From a candidate division BRC1 bacterium HGW-BRC1-1 (lineage in GTDB: Bacteria > Sumerlaeota > Sumerlaeia > Sumerlaeales > Sumerlaeaceae), in NCBI GenBank assembly GCA_002842095.1, contig PHCB01000008.1, positions 100,879 to 164,878 of the forward strand: DNA of 64,000 nt. Reading direction: 5' to 3'. The notes beneath the pieces were generated by a model. It did not search any database, was not told the DNA's origin, and saw nothing but the letters and a program-made list of their open reading frames with translations. The position numbers and the translations under genes were made by a program. Below, one piece after another: positions 36,121-45,698 of the stretch; positions within the stretch are counted from its first letter, which is position 1; each line of letters opens with the position of its first letter.

Positions 36121-37761
36121 TTACATCCCCATCGCTGGAGCGCTGGCGGCCAGAGCAGCGGCCACACCATTAGCGGTGGTGGCGGCTCCCGTTGCCGGGA
36201 AGAGGGTGAGCAGAGACCCCATGGCTCCGTTGAAGACGTTCAACGCGAGATTCGGGAAGATACCGAGCACCAATGCGAGCACGGCAAGAGGGACCAATTG
36301 GAGGTATTCAAGGCGATTGAGATCCTTGAAGTCAGCATACTCGGGCTTCAACTTACCGAGATAGACGCGCTGCATGGTGTATAGCAGATACGCTGCACCG
36401 AGAATCAGGGCAAAGGCTGCTGCCATGGTCAGGTAGCTCATGTTGAATGTCCAACCGAAGGCTTGCGGAACGGCGGCGGTGGATTGCGATTTGAAGGCTC
36501 CGAGAAAGACCATCACTTCGCTGATGAAACTGCAGAGTCCCGGAAGACCCAGGGATGCAAAAAAGGCAACGATGGCGAGGGTGAGGTAGCGGGGCATCTG
36601 AAGGCCAATGCCGCCAAAGCGTGCGATCTCACGGTGGTGGGCTCGCTCGTAAACTACGCCCACGATCATAAACATCATTGAGGCAGAAATGCCGTGGTTG
36701 AACATTTGGAATACAGCGCCGTTGAGGCCCTCGGCGTTCAGCGCCGCCATGCCCAGCATGACCAGCCCCATGTGAGAGACCGACGAGTAAGCGACCAGTT
36801 TTTTGAAATCCGTCTGAGCCATGGCAACCATGGCACCGTAAATGGCGCTGATGACGCCAAGGAGAGCGATGATGCCGATGAACGTTTGGGTGGAGATGGG
36901 GAACATCGGGAAGTTAACCCGCAGAATTCCGTAGGCGCCAAGCTTCAGCAGCACACCCGCCAGGATGACAGAGATGGCCGTGGGGGCCTCCACGTGGGCG
37001 TCTGGTAACCAGGTGTGGAAGGGAAACATCGGAACCTTGATAGCGAAGGCGATGAAGAATCCCCAGAAGAGCAGGTGGGCTGTTAATAGACTGTCGCTGA
37101 AGGGTGCGATCGCGATGAGTTCGGGGATTGAGAAGGTGTGGTACTTCATGTAGAGTACGATGATGGCGAGCAGCATCAGCACCGAGCCGGCAAACGTATA
37201 GAGGAAGAATTTTATGGCAGCGTATTCTTTGCGCGGCCCTCCCCAGATGCCGATCAGGAAGTACATTGGCAGCAGCATCACCTCCCAGAAGACGTAAAAC
37301 AGGAAGAGATCGAGCGCCACGAACACACCCATCATGCCGGTGATGAGCAGCATGTACATCATGTGATAGCCGCGGGGTGCCTTGGCGATGTTCCACGCAG
37401 GGAACACCGCAAGGAGCGAGAGAAGACCCGTGAGGAAGAGCATCAATACCCCCAGGCCGTCGACCCCCACGTGGTACCAGATGTTATACTCGCCGATCCA
37501 GGCCACGCGCTGCTCATAGAGCGATTGCGCGCCATCGGGAAAGGCAACGCCCTTGATGCCGATGAAGCCGCCGCGCAGCTCGGGCGCCAGCGCGTAGTAG
37601 TTCACCAGAAGAATCGTGCTGAGAACGAAGACCACGAAGGCCGTGATCAGGGAAATCCAACGTGCCCATCTGTTGCCGCGTTCGCCTGGCACGAGCGCCA
37701 TGGCCACCATGCCGATGATGGGCGCAAAGACGATCCAGGTTAGTATGCAGGGTATATTCAT
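36121..37761 (-). CDS. nuoM: NADH-quinone oxidoreductase subunit M
   Basis: FYVFWEVMLLPMY, IKVPMFPFHTWLPDAHVEAPT, KKLVAYSSVSHMG. Confidence 0.96.
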   Translation of the reverse strand: MNIPCILTWIVFAPIIGMVAMALVPGERGNRWARWISLITAFVVFVLSTILLVNYYALAPELRGGFIGIKGVAFPDGAQSLYEQRVAWIGEYNIWYHVGVDGLGVLMLFLTGLLSLLAVFPAWNIAKAPRGYHMMYMLLITGMMGVFVALDLFLFYVFWEVMLLPMYFLIGIWGGPRKEYAAIKFFLYTFAGSVLMLLAIIVLYMKYHTFSIPELIAIAPFSDSLLTAHLLFWGFFIAFAIKVPMFPFHTWLPDAHVEAPTAISVILAGVLLKLGAYGILRVNFPMFPISTQTFIGIIALLGVISAIYGAMVAMAQTDFKKLVAYSSVSHMGLVMLGMAALNAEGLNGAVFQMFNHGISASMMFMIVGVVYERAHHREIARFGGIGLQMPRYLTLAIVAFFASLGLPGLCSFISEVMVFLGAFKSQSTAAVPQAFGWTFNMSYLTMAAAFALILGAAYLLYTMQRVYLGKLKPEYADFKDLNRLEYLQLVPLAVLALVLGIFPNLALNVFNGAMGSLLTLFPATGAATTANGVAAALAASAPAMGM

Positions 37762-39896
37762 TTAACCGCCATCCAGAACATAAAGCCTCCGAGGAAAACA
37801 ACCCCCGCGAGGATGAAAACAAGATAATTGCCCACGCGTCCGGTTTGCAGACGGCTCAGGTTGCGTCCGACTCCGGCCACCGAATTGGCCACACCGTTCA
37901 CGGCACCATCGACGATGATGCGGTCGAACTGCCCCGCGATATAGGAGAGGACTTTGGTCACGCGGCCTGTCGCATTCACGGCGCCGTCCACCACCCAGCG
38001 ATCCAACCATGCCGCCAGACCACAAAGGCGCATGAGTGGTCGAATCACAGCAATCTGAAAAAACTCGTCCACGTAGTATTTATTGAGCAGCAGGACGTAT
38101 ACAGGGCGGAAGCGTCGTGCCATGGCTTCGGCCGAAATTTTGCGTGCGGAGTAGGTAAGGTATGCTCCGCCGAGTCCCAGGAAAAATGCGCACAGCGAGA
38201 AGATGACCGCGAGATGGTGAGCGTGTTCCTCTTCCGGCTCGTGGATTGGGACAACTTTCATGGCGGTGATCAGGCCACGGGGCGATGCGGCTTCAGGGTG
38301 TTCATGGGATTCCTGAGGAGTTTCCACAAACACGGCCTTCTGCTCCTTGTCGTGGGCGACCGCGAGGATGGAACCTTCCGGTGTGTAGCGCGAGACAACT
38401 TCTGAGCGCAAAGGCACCGGGTTGCGAAACCAGAACCAGTCATGATGCCCGCCCATGGGCCAGATGCTCAGGGCTGTAAGGATCATCAGTGGAAGGGCCA
38501 TCGTCCATGGACTTTCATGGGCATGGGCGTATTTGGCCTCATCCCGGGGCGTGCCGAAGAAGGTCAGGATGATCAGGCGGAACATATAAAATGAGGTGAG
38601 TGCGGCGGCGGCCACCGAGAAAATGGGCAGTAGAATGTGCGCACTGTTTTGTCCGCTCAGTTGGATGGACCCTGCAATAATGGAGTCCTTCGTGAAGAAG
38701 CCGGAGAAGGGCGGAAGACCCGTGAGAGCCAGCGTGGCGATAATAAACGTGGCAAAGGTTATGGGCAACTTGCGGCGAAGGCCACCCATCTGCGACATCG
38801 ACTGTGAATGCACGGCGTGAATTACGCTGCCCGAACCAAGGAATAGGCACGCTTTGAAAAACGCATGGGTGATCAGATGGTAAACGCCCGAAGTGTAACC
38901 GCTGAAGATGAAACCGCCCACGCCGAGGCCAAGCATCATGTACCCCAGTTGGGAGATGGTCGAGTACGCGAGGACCTTTTTAATGTCGTCCATCACGATG
39001 CCAATGGTCGCGGCGAAAATGGCCGTGAACCCGCCCACATAGGCCATGACCAGAAAGACTTCCGGTGTGAGCATGGGGTAGCTTCGCGCCATGAGGAACA
39101 CGCCCGCGGCGACCATGGTGGCAGCGTGAATGAGCGCGCTGACCGGCGTGGGCCCTTCCATGGCGTCGGGCAACCAGATGTGCAGTGGGAACTGGGCACT
39201 TTTGCCCATGGCACCGCCGAAGAGCAGCAGCCCCGCCCACATCTGCCAGTTACCGGTAAAGGTGCCGGCGGCCACCGCACTGAAAACATTCTCAAAACGG
39301 AATGAACCGGTCTGGGTGAAGATGATGAGAATGCCCACGAACATCAGCACATCGCCAATGCGGGTGGTCATAAAGGCCTTCAGGCTGGCGTTGGCCGCGC
39401 TTTGCTTGTCGAAGTAGTGCCCGATGAGCAGATAAGAGCAAAGGCCCATGATCTCCCACGCGACGTAAAGGGTGAGGAAGTTATCCGCTAATACCAGCGC
39501 CAGCATGGCCGCCGTGAACAACTGCAACACCGTGAAGAAACGGTGGTAGCGGACATCGCCATGCATGTAGCCGATGGAAAACAGATGCACCAGAAAGCTG
39601 ATGGTGCTGATCATAACGATCATCAGGGCCGATAGATTATCGACAAGTATGCCCGCGAGGAACGGCCGACCGGGTGCCGCATTGAACCAGGGGGTCGATT
39701 CAAGAATGGTGGCGTAGGCGCTGTTTTGTTTGAACAGATGAACGAAGATACTTAGCGACAGCGCGAGAGTCGCGCCCATGATGCCCGTGGCAAACCAGTC
39801 GCCCTTGCGGGGCATGCGACCGCCGAAAAAGAGCATGATGAAAAAGCCAAGGGCAGGCAGAATGGGAACGAGGATGGCGATTTTCCAGTCGATCAT
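37758..39896 (-). CDS. nuoL: NADH-quinone oxidoreductase subunit L
   Basis: WEIMGLCSYLLIG, GKSAQFPLHIWLPDAMEGPTPVSALIHAATMV, KKVLAYSTISQLG, C-terminal LQTG. Confidence 0.96.
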   Translation of the reverse strand: MIDWKIAILVPILPALGFFIMLFFGGRMPRKGDWFATGIMGATLALSLSIFVHLFKQNSAYATILESTPWFNAAPGRPFLAGILVDNLSALMIVMISTISFLVHLFSIGYMHGDVRYHRFFTVLQLFTAAMLALVLADNFLTLYVAWEIMGLCSYLLIGHYFDKQSAANASLKAFMTTRIGDVLMFVGILIIFTQTGSFRFENVFSAVAAGTFTGNWQMWAGLLLFGGAMGKSAQFPLHIWLPDAMEGPTPVSALIHAATMVAAGVFLMARSYPMLTPEVFLVMAYVGGFTAIFAATIGIVMDDIKKVLAYSTISQLGYMMLGLGVGGFIFSGYTSGVYHLITHAFFKACLFLGSGSVIHAVHSQSMSQMGGLRRKLPITFATFIIATLALTGLPPFSGFFTKDSIIAGSIQLSGQNSAHILLPIFSVAAAALTSFYMFRLIILTFFGTPRDEAKYAHAHESPWTMALPLMILTALSIWPMGGHHDWFWFRNPVPLRSEVVSRYTPEGSILAVAHDKEQKAVFVETPQESHEHPEAASPRGLITAMKVVPIHEPEEEHAHHLAVIFSLCAFFLGLGGAYLTYSARKISAEAMARRFRPVYVLLLNKYYVDEFFQIAVIRPLMRLCGLAAWLDRWVVDGAVNATGRVTKVLSYIAGQFDRIIVDGAVNGVANSVAGVGRNLSRLQTGRVGNYLVFILAGVVFLGGFMFWMAVK

Positions 39897-39907
39897 GAAA
39901 GTTTCCG

Positions 39908-40252
39908 TCAGCCTCTCATGGTGTCGGCGTCATCGACTTCGATGGTCCCGAACATATTAAAGAGGTTCAAAATAATGGCCAGAGCCACTGCAGCCTCGCA
40001 CGCCGCCAGGATAATCACAAAAATTGCAAAGACCTGACCGTCCATGTAGGCCGCCTCCGGCATGGTCGTCGGGAAAATGGGTTTGTTGGAGTAACGGGAA
40101 AAAGCGATCAGATTGATATTAGCGGCGTTCAGCATGAGTTCGATGGAGATGAGAATTCCCACGGCGTTCTTGCGTGACACGATGCCGATCACCCCGAGAA
40201 CAAACAAAATCGCGCCGAGCACCAGATAGTGTTGGAGTCCGATGGGTCCCAT
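39908..40252 (-). CDS. nuoK: NADH-quinone oxidoreductase subunit K
   Basis: IELMLNAANIN, GQVFAIFVI..AACEAAVALA; ATG 40252. Confidence 0.94.
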   Translation of the reverse strand: MGPIGLQHYLVLGAILFVLGVIGIVSRKNAVGILISIELMLNAANINLIAFSRYSNKPIFPTTMPEAAYMDGQVFAIFVIILAACEAAVALAIILNLFNMFGTIEVDDADTMRG

Positions 40253-40256
40253 GGGA

Positions 40257-40760
40257 TCAGTCCTTGTCCCTTCCACGCACCAGATACGCCGCCCCGATAA
40301 GGGCAGCCAGAAGGGTGACCGAGGAAAATTCGAAAGCCAGCAGGTAGTTTTTCAGTAACATGTAGCCGATGGGAGCCGTGGTGCCGCCCGGGGGGGGCGC
40401 GGTAGGAACGTTGTTCCATGTGGCCAGTTGCAGGATGCTTAAAACCATCACCAGCAAAGCCGCACCCAGAAGCGTGCCGACAAGATAGGACCTGCTGCCG
40501 TCAACTGTAACGAAATCAATGTTTTTGTTCGTTAGCAGGATTCCGAAGAGAAGAAGGACCAGAATCCCGCCCACGTAAACGACCACCTGAGTGATGGCCA
40601 GAAAGTCGGCATCCAGAAATACGTATACGCCAGCTATGGCCAATAGGGTGAAAAAGAGGCCAAAGGCAGCATTGACAATATTCTTAGCATAGGTTGCCAC
40701 GATGGCAGAACCCACGGCTAAAACAGCAATTATCCAGAAGATCACAGTGGAGGCGTTCAT
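40257..40760 (-). CDS. nuoJ: NADH-quinone oxidoreductase subunit J
   Basis: ADFLAITQVVVYVGGILVLLLFGILL, YLLAFEFSSVTLLAALIGA. Confidence 0.93.
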   Translation of the reverse strand: MNASTVIFWIIAVLAVGSAIVATYAKNIVNAAFGLFFTLLAIAGVYVFLDADFLAITQVVVYVGGILVLLLFGILLTNKNIDFVTVDGSRSYLVGTLLGAALLVMVLSILQLATWNNVPTAPPPGGTTAPIGYMLLKNYLLAFEFSSVTLLAALIGAAYLVRGRDKD

Positions 40761-40881
40761 AGCGTTCGGGGTCTTAGAAGCGGGGGGGCAGTCGGATAAA
40801 TCAACCCCAATTTAACAGCGTGGGGAATTGACCCTTTTTCGCGGAAAATAAGTGTTCTCATTGGTGCTTTAGGGCTGGGAA

Positions 40882-42222
40882 TCAAGGCTGTTGTAGCAAC
40901 ACAAAGGGATAGTTCTTCCGAAGGAAAAAACTTTCGATCACGTCGTCCAGCCGCGTTTGTTTGGCGAGCAGGGGATAGAACTTTGAGTGACACCCGTAGT
41001 TCTGTTCAATCCACCGGACGGCCTCGGAGTAATCCTCGGAAGACGGTTGCCTGCTGCCCCGCGCTGCAGCACACGAAATGGCAACCCACGGGATGAGGGC
41101 CACATTCAGTATCAGAAAACTAAAGCTTTTCCAAACGGGGAAGCGATCCACCAGATCCTTTCGGAAGATACAATGGCGCACATAGCGCGTAACCAGTTCG
41201 TCCGCGGGGGACCCCGGATCGGGGAGGGGCGTACCGGCAAGATCGTTGTGGCTGACCGGCGCTTTCATGGGCTGCAAGCGAACTTTCCCCAGCTTCAAGG
41301 CGTGCCTCGCATACTGAAACATAACGCCCCCCGCCAGGGAAGCCCGCCCCGAGCCCTGCCAAAGGGTATTGCCCAGGGCGGAAATCAGGCCGAGGAACAT
41401 GCGCTTTACCAGAGGCGACGCTGCCCGGCGTGTAGCAACCCGGCGAGCGTCTCTCCATTGGGAATCGCGTGAGGCCGCAATGAAATCCAGCAGTTCGGGG
41501 TCGGCAAAAAGGTTTGCAACGGCCGCCGGAGGGAAAGGGCCGTGGATGGTCTGCCAGTAAAGGTCGATCATGTTCAGCCAAACGTGAGCGGTTATGAGTT
41601 TATCCGCCAGATGGGCAGGGTCGGGGAGGGCGAGGATTTCGAGAAGGGCTTCCTCCACCGCGAGATACTGTTCCCAAGTCAACCTGATGCGACGGCTCAG
41701 TTGCACCTCGGTTGGAACTGTTGCTCGATTGAACGCCTGCGTGTGGTTCTCTTCCAGTTCCGCCCGCTGCTGCTCAACCGATGTGCCCAGATTACCACGC
41801 ACCGCGGGACACACAAATGAAAGACCCACATAGCTGCCCGAGGGAGTGTCGCGCCAACGATAGGGGAAGTCATGGCAGACCTGGGGTTTCACTCCCGGCC
41901 CTTCCAGTTTGTGGATTTCGCACAGATGATCTTCCCCGAAAAACAGGCAATGGTTATCTGCCCCAAGTTTCAGGTGGCACAAAGGAGAGGTTGAATCAGG
42001 AGGGGTGAGCGCATCCTCCGGCGTTTTGGCGATTTTCGCCGCGCGGGGATAATCCGCGATGTCGAGCTGGAGAAGTCGCTGTACGCTGGCTTTATCCACG
42101 GGTATGCTTTCAAAGGTGCCGCAGCATGTGCCCGAGTTCTGGCAGGTCCAGTTCTGGTCTGCAGGAAGGTGAAGCTTCGGCAGCGGGGGTGGCGCAGATG
42201 AACCGCCTTCGTCAGGCTGCAT
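40882..42222 (-). CDS. YkgJ/FliB-like cysteine-cluster (Zn/Fe-chelating) protein
   Basis: CQNSGTCC, CLFF...CEIH...KPQVCHDFPY, SFVCP; ATG 42222 overlaps upstream TGA. Confidence 0.75.
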   Translation of the reverse strand: MQPDEGGSSAPPPLPKLHLPADQNWTCQNSGTCCGTFESIPVDKASVQRLLQLDIADYPRAAKIAKTPEDALTPPDSTSPLCHLKLGADNHCLFFGEDHLCEIHKLEGPGVKPQVCHDFPYRWRDTPSGSYVGLSFVCPAVRGNLGTSVEQQRAELEENHTQAFNRATVPTEVQLSRRIRLTWEQYLAVEEALLEILALPDPAHLADKLITAHVWLNMIDLYWQTIHGPFPPAAVANLFADPELLDFIAASRDSQWRDARRVATRRAASPLVKRMFLGLISALGNTLWQGSGRASLAGGVMFQYARHALKLGKVRLQPMKAPVSHNDLAGTPLPDPGSPADELVTRYVRHCIFRKDLVDRFPVWKSFSFLILNVALIPWVAISCAAARGSRQPSSEDYSEAVRWIEQNYGCHSKFYPLLAKQTRLDDVIESFFLRKNYPFVLLQQP

Positions 42223-42491
42223 CAAGGCGCTTTGTCCGGCAATGGCGGAGGAGGCTCCACCGCTGGTTCGGCACTCAATGCGTACGCTGCAGTGTGATAA
42301 ATCTCCGTGTAGCCGCACAGGGCACAGGTAACCAATACATAGGGCTGGGAAGGCAGCCTGAGGAGGTCGCCGAGACTGCGCGAAAGTGAAACGGTTCGGG
42401 CTACGGCCGATTTTCCACGGCATTTCGCACAGCAAAAGTTCGCCGTCAGCCGTTCTTCAATTCCCGTCACAATGATAGCCACCCTGAACAT
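42222..42491 (-). CDS. Small zinc-ribbon protein (DUF2082-like)
   Basis: CAKC...VTCALCGYTEIY; start uncertain (ATG 42491 or GTG 42470). Confidence 0.75.
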   Translation of the reverse strand: MFRVAIIVTGIEERLTANFCCAKCRGKSAVARTVSLSRSLGDLLRLPSQPYVLVTCALCGYTEIYHTAAYALSAEPAVEPPPPLPDKAP

Positions 42492-42603
42492 TGATTCATA
42501 TCTCTGAATGGTGCCCAAGAAAGCTGAAGGGCGCAAGAGAGAATTAGGAGAAAACGGGTGTTTTGTATTTGCACAGCAGCATCCTTTTGCCAGAGATAAA
42601 TCC

Positions 42604-43152
42604 ATGAACAAGAAATTTGCCTCACTCTTTTTGCGCCTTGTTTGCGCTGCCATGATGCTGACGTTCCTCGCTGGTTGTGAGGAGGACGTGAACATGAATA
42701 CCGACTTCTCGATTCATCTGGTTAACCCCGGCCCCGAGTGGCCCAAGAAACCAAAGAAGTTGGAGCCAACCCAGCAAGAGGTTCTCGCTAAGTACGGCAA
42801 ACCCGACATGTTCCGCGTCTTTTATAACAAGACGGGTGCCATTCAAACGCGCGGGGAACTGGGCAAAGAGATGATGGACAAACAACCCAAGAAGCTTCCT
42901 CCCCAGAGCTGGATTTACACGCAGCGCGGCATTGAGGTCGTTTTTGAGGGCAATACCTATCGCGAACAGCCTTTGACTGACCAGGTCCGACTGATTATAA
43001 AATATGGCGATCCCGAAGAAGTGAAGGCCAGCGAGTACGGTGGTTCGCAGTGGATGTACTTCAGCGCGGGCAAACTGTATAAATTCTCGCCGGCAGGGCG
43101 CATCATTGAAGAAAAAACCTTCCCGGGTATGGGAAGTTACATCAAGGGCTGA
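42604..43152 (+). CDS. Lipoprotein of unknown function
   Basis: MNKK...LTFLAGC lipobox; two BamE/SmpA-like YG-x-P...W-x-Y repeats (YGKPD..WIY; YGDPE..WMY). Confidence 0.7.
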   Translation: MNKKFASLFLRLVCAAMMLTFLAGCEEDVNMNTDFSIHLVNPGPEWPKKPKKLEPTQQEVLAKYGKPDMFRVFYNKTGAIQTRGELGKEMMDKQPKKLPPQSWIYTQRGIEVVFEGNTYREQPLTDQVRLIIKYGDPEEVKASEYGGSQWMYFSAGKLYKFSPAGRIIEEKTFPGMGSYIKG

Positions 43153-43182
43153 TGCCGGAGCTTGTGGCTGTCCGGTGCTTGC

Positions 43183-44067
43183 CTATCCGATAAGTGTGCG
43201 CAGGGTGCCGAGCTTCTGGATTTCGATCTCCACCACGTCTCCCGGTTGAAGAAAAGCCGGGGGGGTACGGTGTGCCCCCACGCCGCTGGGTGTTCCCGTC
43301 GAGATGATGTCGCCGGGTTCGAGAGTGATTCCCGCCGAGATGAATTCTATCAGCATATCGATGGGGAAAATCATGTTGGAAGTGCTGTCGTTCTGCATGA
43401 CTTCCTCATTTACCGAAGTGCGGATGGTGAGGGTCTGAGGATCGGGGATTTCATCTGCGGTTACGATGCCGGGTCCGGTCGGCGCAAAGCCATCCTGTCC
43501 CTTTGCACGAAGCCATTGCCCGTCGAGTTTCTGCAGTTCGCGTGCCGTGAGATCATTTAAAATAGTATAACCGAAAACGTGTTTAAGGGCGTCCTGACGT
43601 CGAATGCCTTTCCCGCCTAAGCCAATCACAACAGCAAGTTCGCCTTCAAAATCCATTTTCGATGTGGTGATAGGCCGCATCACCGTGTCGCCATGGGCGC
43701 AAATAGTGTTGGCGAACTTCGCAAAGATAACCGGCGTTTTGGGAATTTCGCGTTCCTGCTCGCGGCAGTGGTCCTTGTAGTTGAGACCGACGCAGATAAT
43801 CTTTCCCGGATCGGGGATTGGTGGCAGGTGACGAACGTGCGATGGATCCAGACCCTGTCCGATTTCATTCTCACGAGCCAGTGCCGCCTCGATGGTTGAA
43901 GATATCATGGCTGGGGCCGCTGCGATGGACTTCAGATCTGCCCGTCGCACCACATCCGGCGCTTCATATCCCAACACAGCAAAAAGGTCCGTGACAGGCC
44001 AGAGTCGCTTGGCATGGCAAACCGCCAGGCAGGGCTTTTCGTCCACTACGATTCGATGAAGTCTCAT
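43183..44067 (-). CDS. Fumarylacetoacetate hydrolase family protein
   Basis: KIICVGLNY..H..E, DFEGELAVVIG, NDLTARELQ, AKGQDGFAPTGP, PGDIISTGTPSGVG. Confidence 0.94.
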   Translation of the reverse strand: MRLHRIVVDEKPCLAVCHAKRLWPVTDLFAVLGYEAPDVVRRADLKSIAAAPAMISSTIEAALARENEIGQGLDPSHVRHLPPIPDPGKIICVGLNYKDHCREQEREIPKTPVIFAKFANTICAHGDTVMRPITTSKMDFEGELAVVIGLGGKGIRRQDALKHVFGYTILNDLTARELQKLDGQWLRAKGQDGFAPTGPGIVTADEIPDPQTLTIRTSVNEEVMQNDSTSNMIFPIDMLIEFISAGITLEPGDIISTGTPSGVGAHRTPPAFLQPGDVVEIEIQKLGTLRTLIG

Positions 44068-44114
44068 GGTTTAGCCGCTGCCTTTCTTTGCTGTTTCGGT
44101 TAAGGGTTGCGCCG

Positions 44115-45449
44115 TTACTCGTCGCTCTTGGTTGCCATGGCGGGATCGATGTCTTCAAGCTTTCCCGCAAGGTAGGCGTCGTAAGATGCCAGATCAAGGA
44201 AGCCATGTCCGCTCAGGCAGAAGGCAATAACCTTTGGTTCGTTGTTCTCTTTTGCACGAAGAGCCTCATCGATTGCAGTGCGAATCGCGTGGGAGCTTTC
44301 GGGTGCGGGAATGATTCCCTCGCTGCGCGAGAACATCACCGCGGCCTCGAACACTGCGTTCTGTTGAACGGCGGTGGCCTCAATTACATTATCGTTATAA
44401 AGTGAGCTGACCAACTGGGACATGCCATGATAACGAAGGCCTCCGGCGTGAATGCCGGGGGGCATGAAATCATGGCCGAGGGTGTGCATCTTCATGAGAG
44501 GCGTGCTGCCGGCCGTGTCGCCGAAGTCGTAACGATACTCGCCCTGAGTTAATGTGGGGCAGGCGGCTGGTTCCACCGCAATGATTCGGTAATCGGCCTC
44601 ACCGGCGATTTTATCAGCGGCGAAGGGGAAAACGAAACCTGCGAAATTGCTGCCTCCACCCGCGCAACCGATGAGAATGTCAGGTTTGATTCCCGCACGC
44701 TTGAAGGCTTCTTTCGTTTCAAGACCAATCACGGTCTGGTGAAGAGCAACGTGGTTGAGCACACTCCCCAGTGCATATTTTGTGTCGGGATGCGTGAGGG
44801 CGTCTTCCACCGCTTCACTGATGGCAATGCCCAGACTGCCGTTTGTGTCGGGATGCTCGGCTCTTATCTTGCGTCCGAACTCCGTAAGTTCGCTGGGGCT
44901 TGCATCCACTTTGGCATCCCACAGCTGCATCATGCTGCGACGGTATGGCTTCTGGTTATAGCTGACCCGCACCATGTAGACTTGGCACTCCAGGCCGAAG
45001 GTCTGGCAAGCGAACGCAAGCGCGCAGCCCCACTGGCCCGCACCGGTTTCTGTGGCCAGACGCTTGATTCCGGCTTGTTTGTTAAACCAAGCCTGCGCCA
45101 CACTGGTGTTGGTCTTATGGCTGCCGGCAGGGCTGACGCCCTCATATTTATACCAGATTTGTGCGGGCGTGCCGAGAACCTTTTCCAGACGCCGTGCGCG
45201 GATGAGTGGGGTCGGTCGCCACAGAGAGAGAACATCCAAAACTTCTTCGGGAATATCAAACCACCGCTGCACGCTCATTTCCTGCTCAAGCAGGTTCGCG
45301 GGAAAAATTCGTTCCATATCCGCCATGGTGATTGGCTCCATGGTTCCCGGATGCAAAGGCGGGTCCAGAGGTGTTGGCAGGTCGGCCTGCACGTTGTACC
45401 ATTTTTGGGGGATGTCGCGACGGTCGAGGGTAAGCAGGCTGTCTTGCAT
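44115..45449 (-). CDS. trpB2: TrpB-like PLP enzyme (TrpB2)
   Basis: [55 protein letters not shown]; ATG 45449 with AAGGA RBS. Confidence 0.93.
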   Translation of the reverse strand: MQDSLLTLDRRDIPQKWYNVQADLPTPLDPPLHPGTMEPITMADMERIFPANLLEQEMSVQRWFDIPEEVLDVLSLWRPTPLIRARRLEKVLGTPAQIWYKYEGVSPAGSHKTNTSVAQAWFNKQAGIKRLATETGAGQWGCALAFACQTFGLECQVYMVRVSYNQKPYRRSMMQLWDAKVDASPSELTEFGRKIRAEHPDTNGSLGIAISEAVEDALTHPDTKYALGSVLNHVALHQTVIGLETKEAFKRAGIKPDILIGCAGGGSNFAGFVFPFAADKIAGEADYRIIAVEPAACPTLTQGEYRYDFGDTAGSTPLMKMHTLGHDFMPPGIHAGGLRYHGMSQLVSSLYNDNVIEATAVQQNAVFEAAVMFSRSEGIIPAPESSHAIRTAIDEALRAKENNEPKVIAFCLSGHGFLDLASYDAYLAGKLEDIDPAMATKSDE

Positions 45450-45698
45450 GGATTTTTCCTTGTGGTTGAAAGCAGGGTAAAACGCCTGATAGCGGCGGAT
45501 GCCATTAATACAGAAGGGTGAAGATTCGAGTCGTAAAGGAAAAATAATGCAGAATTGGCCATGTCCGTTGAGGCAATCAGCGGAGCGCGGCAAAGATCCT
45601 TTTCTGTGTTGCACGATAAGGTGGTATGTTGTTGTTTTGGTATCAGACCAACGCAGCAAATTGCGATGAAATCGGTTTGATGAACGAAGGAGATTCTC

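Noticed and set aside
45450-45659. Long N-terminal extensions in the ORF track (trpB2; also holB, nuoN, nuoK, YkgJ-like, AKR)
   Set aside because: Extensions overlap neighbours or intergenic DNA; downstream starts have better RBS or coupling and match family N-termini
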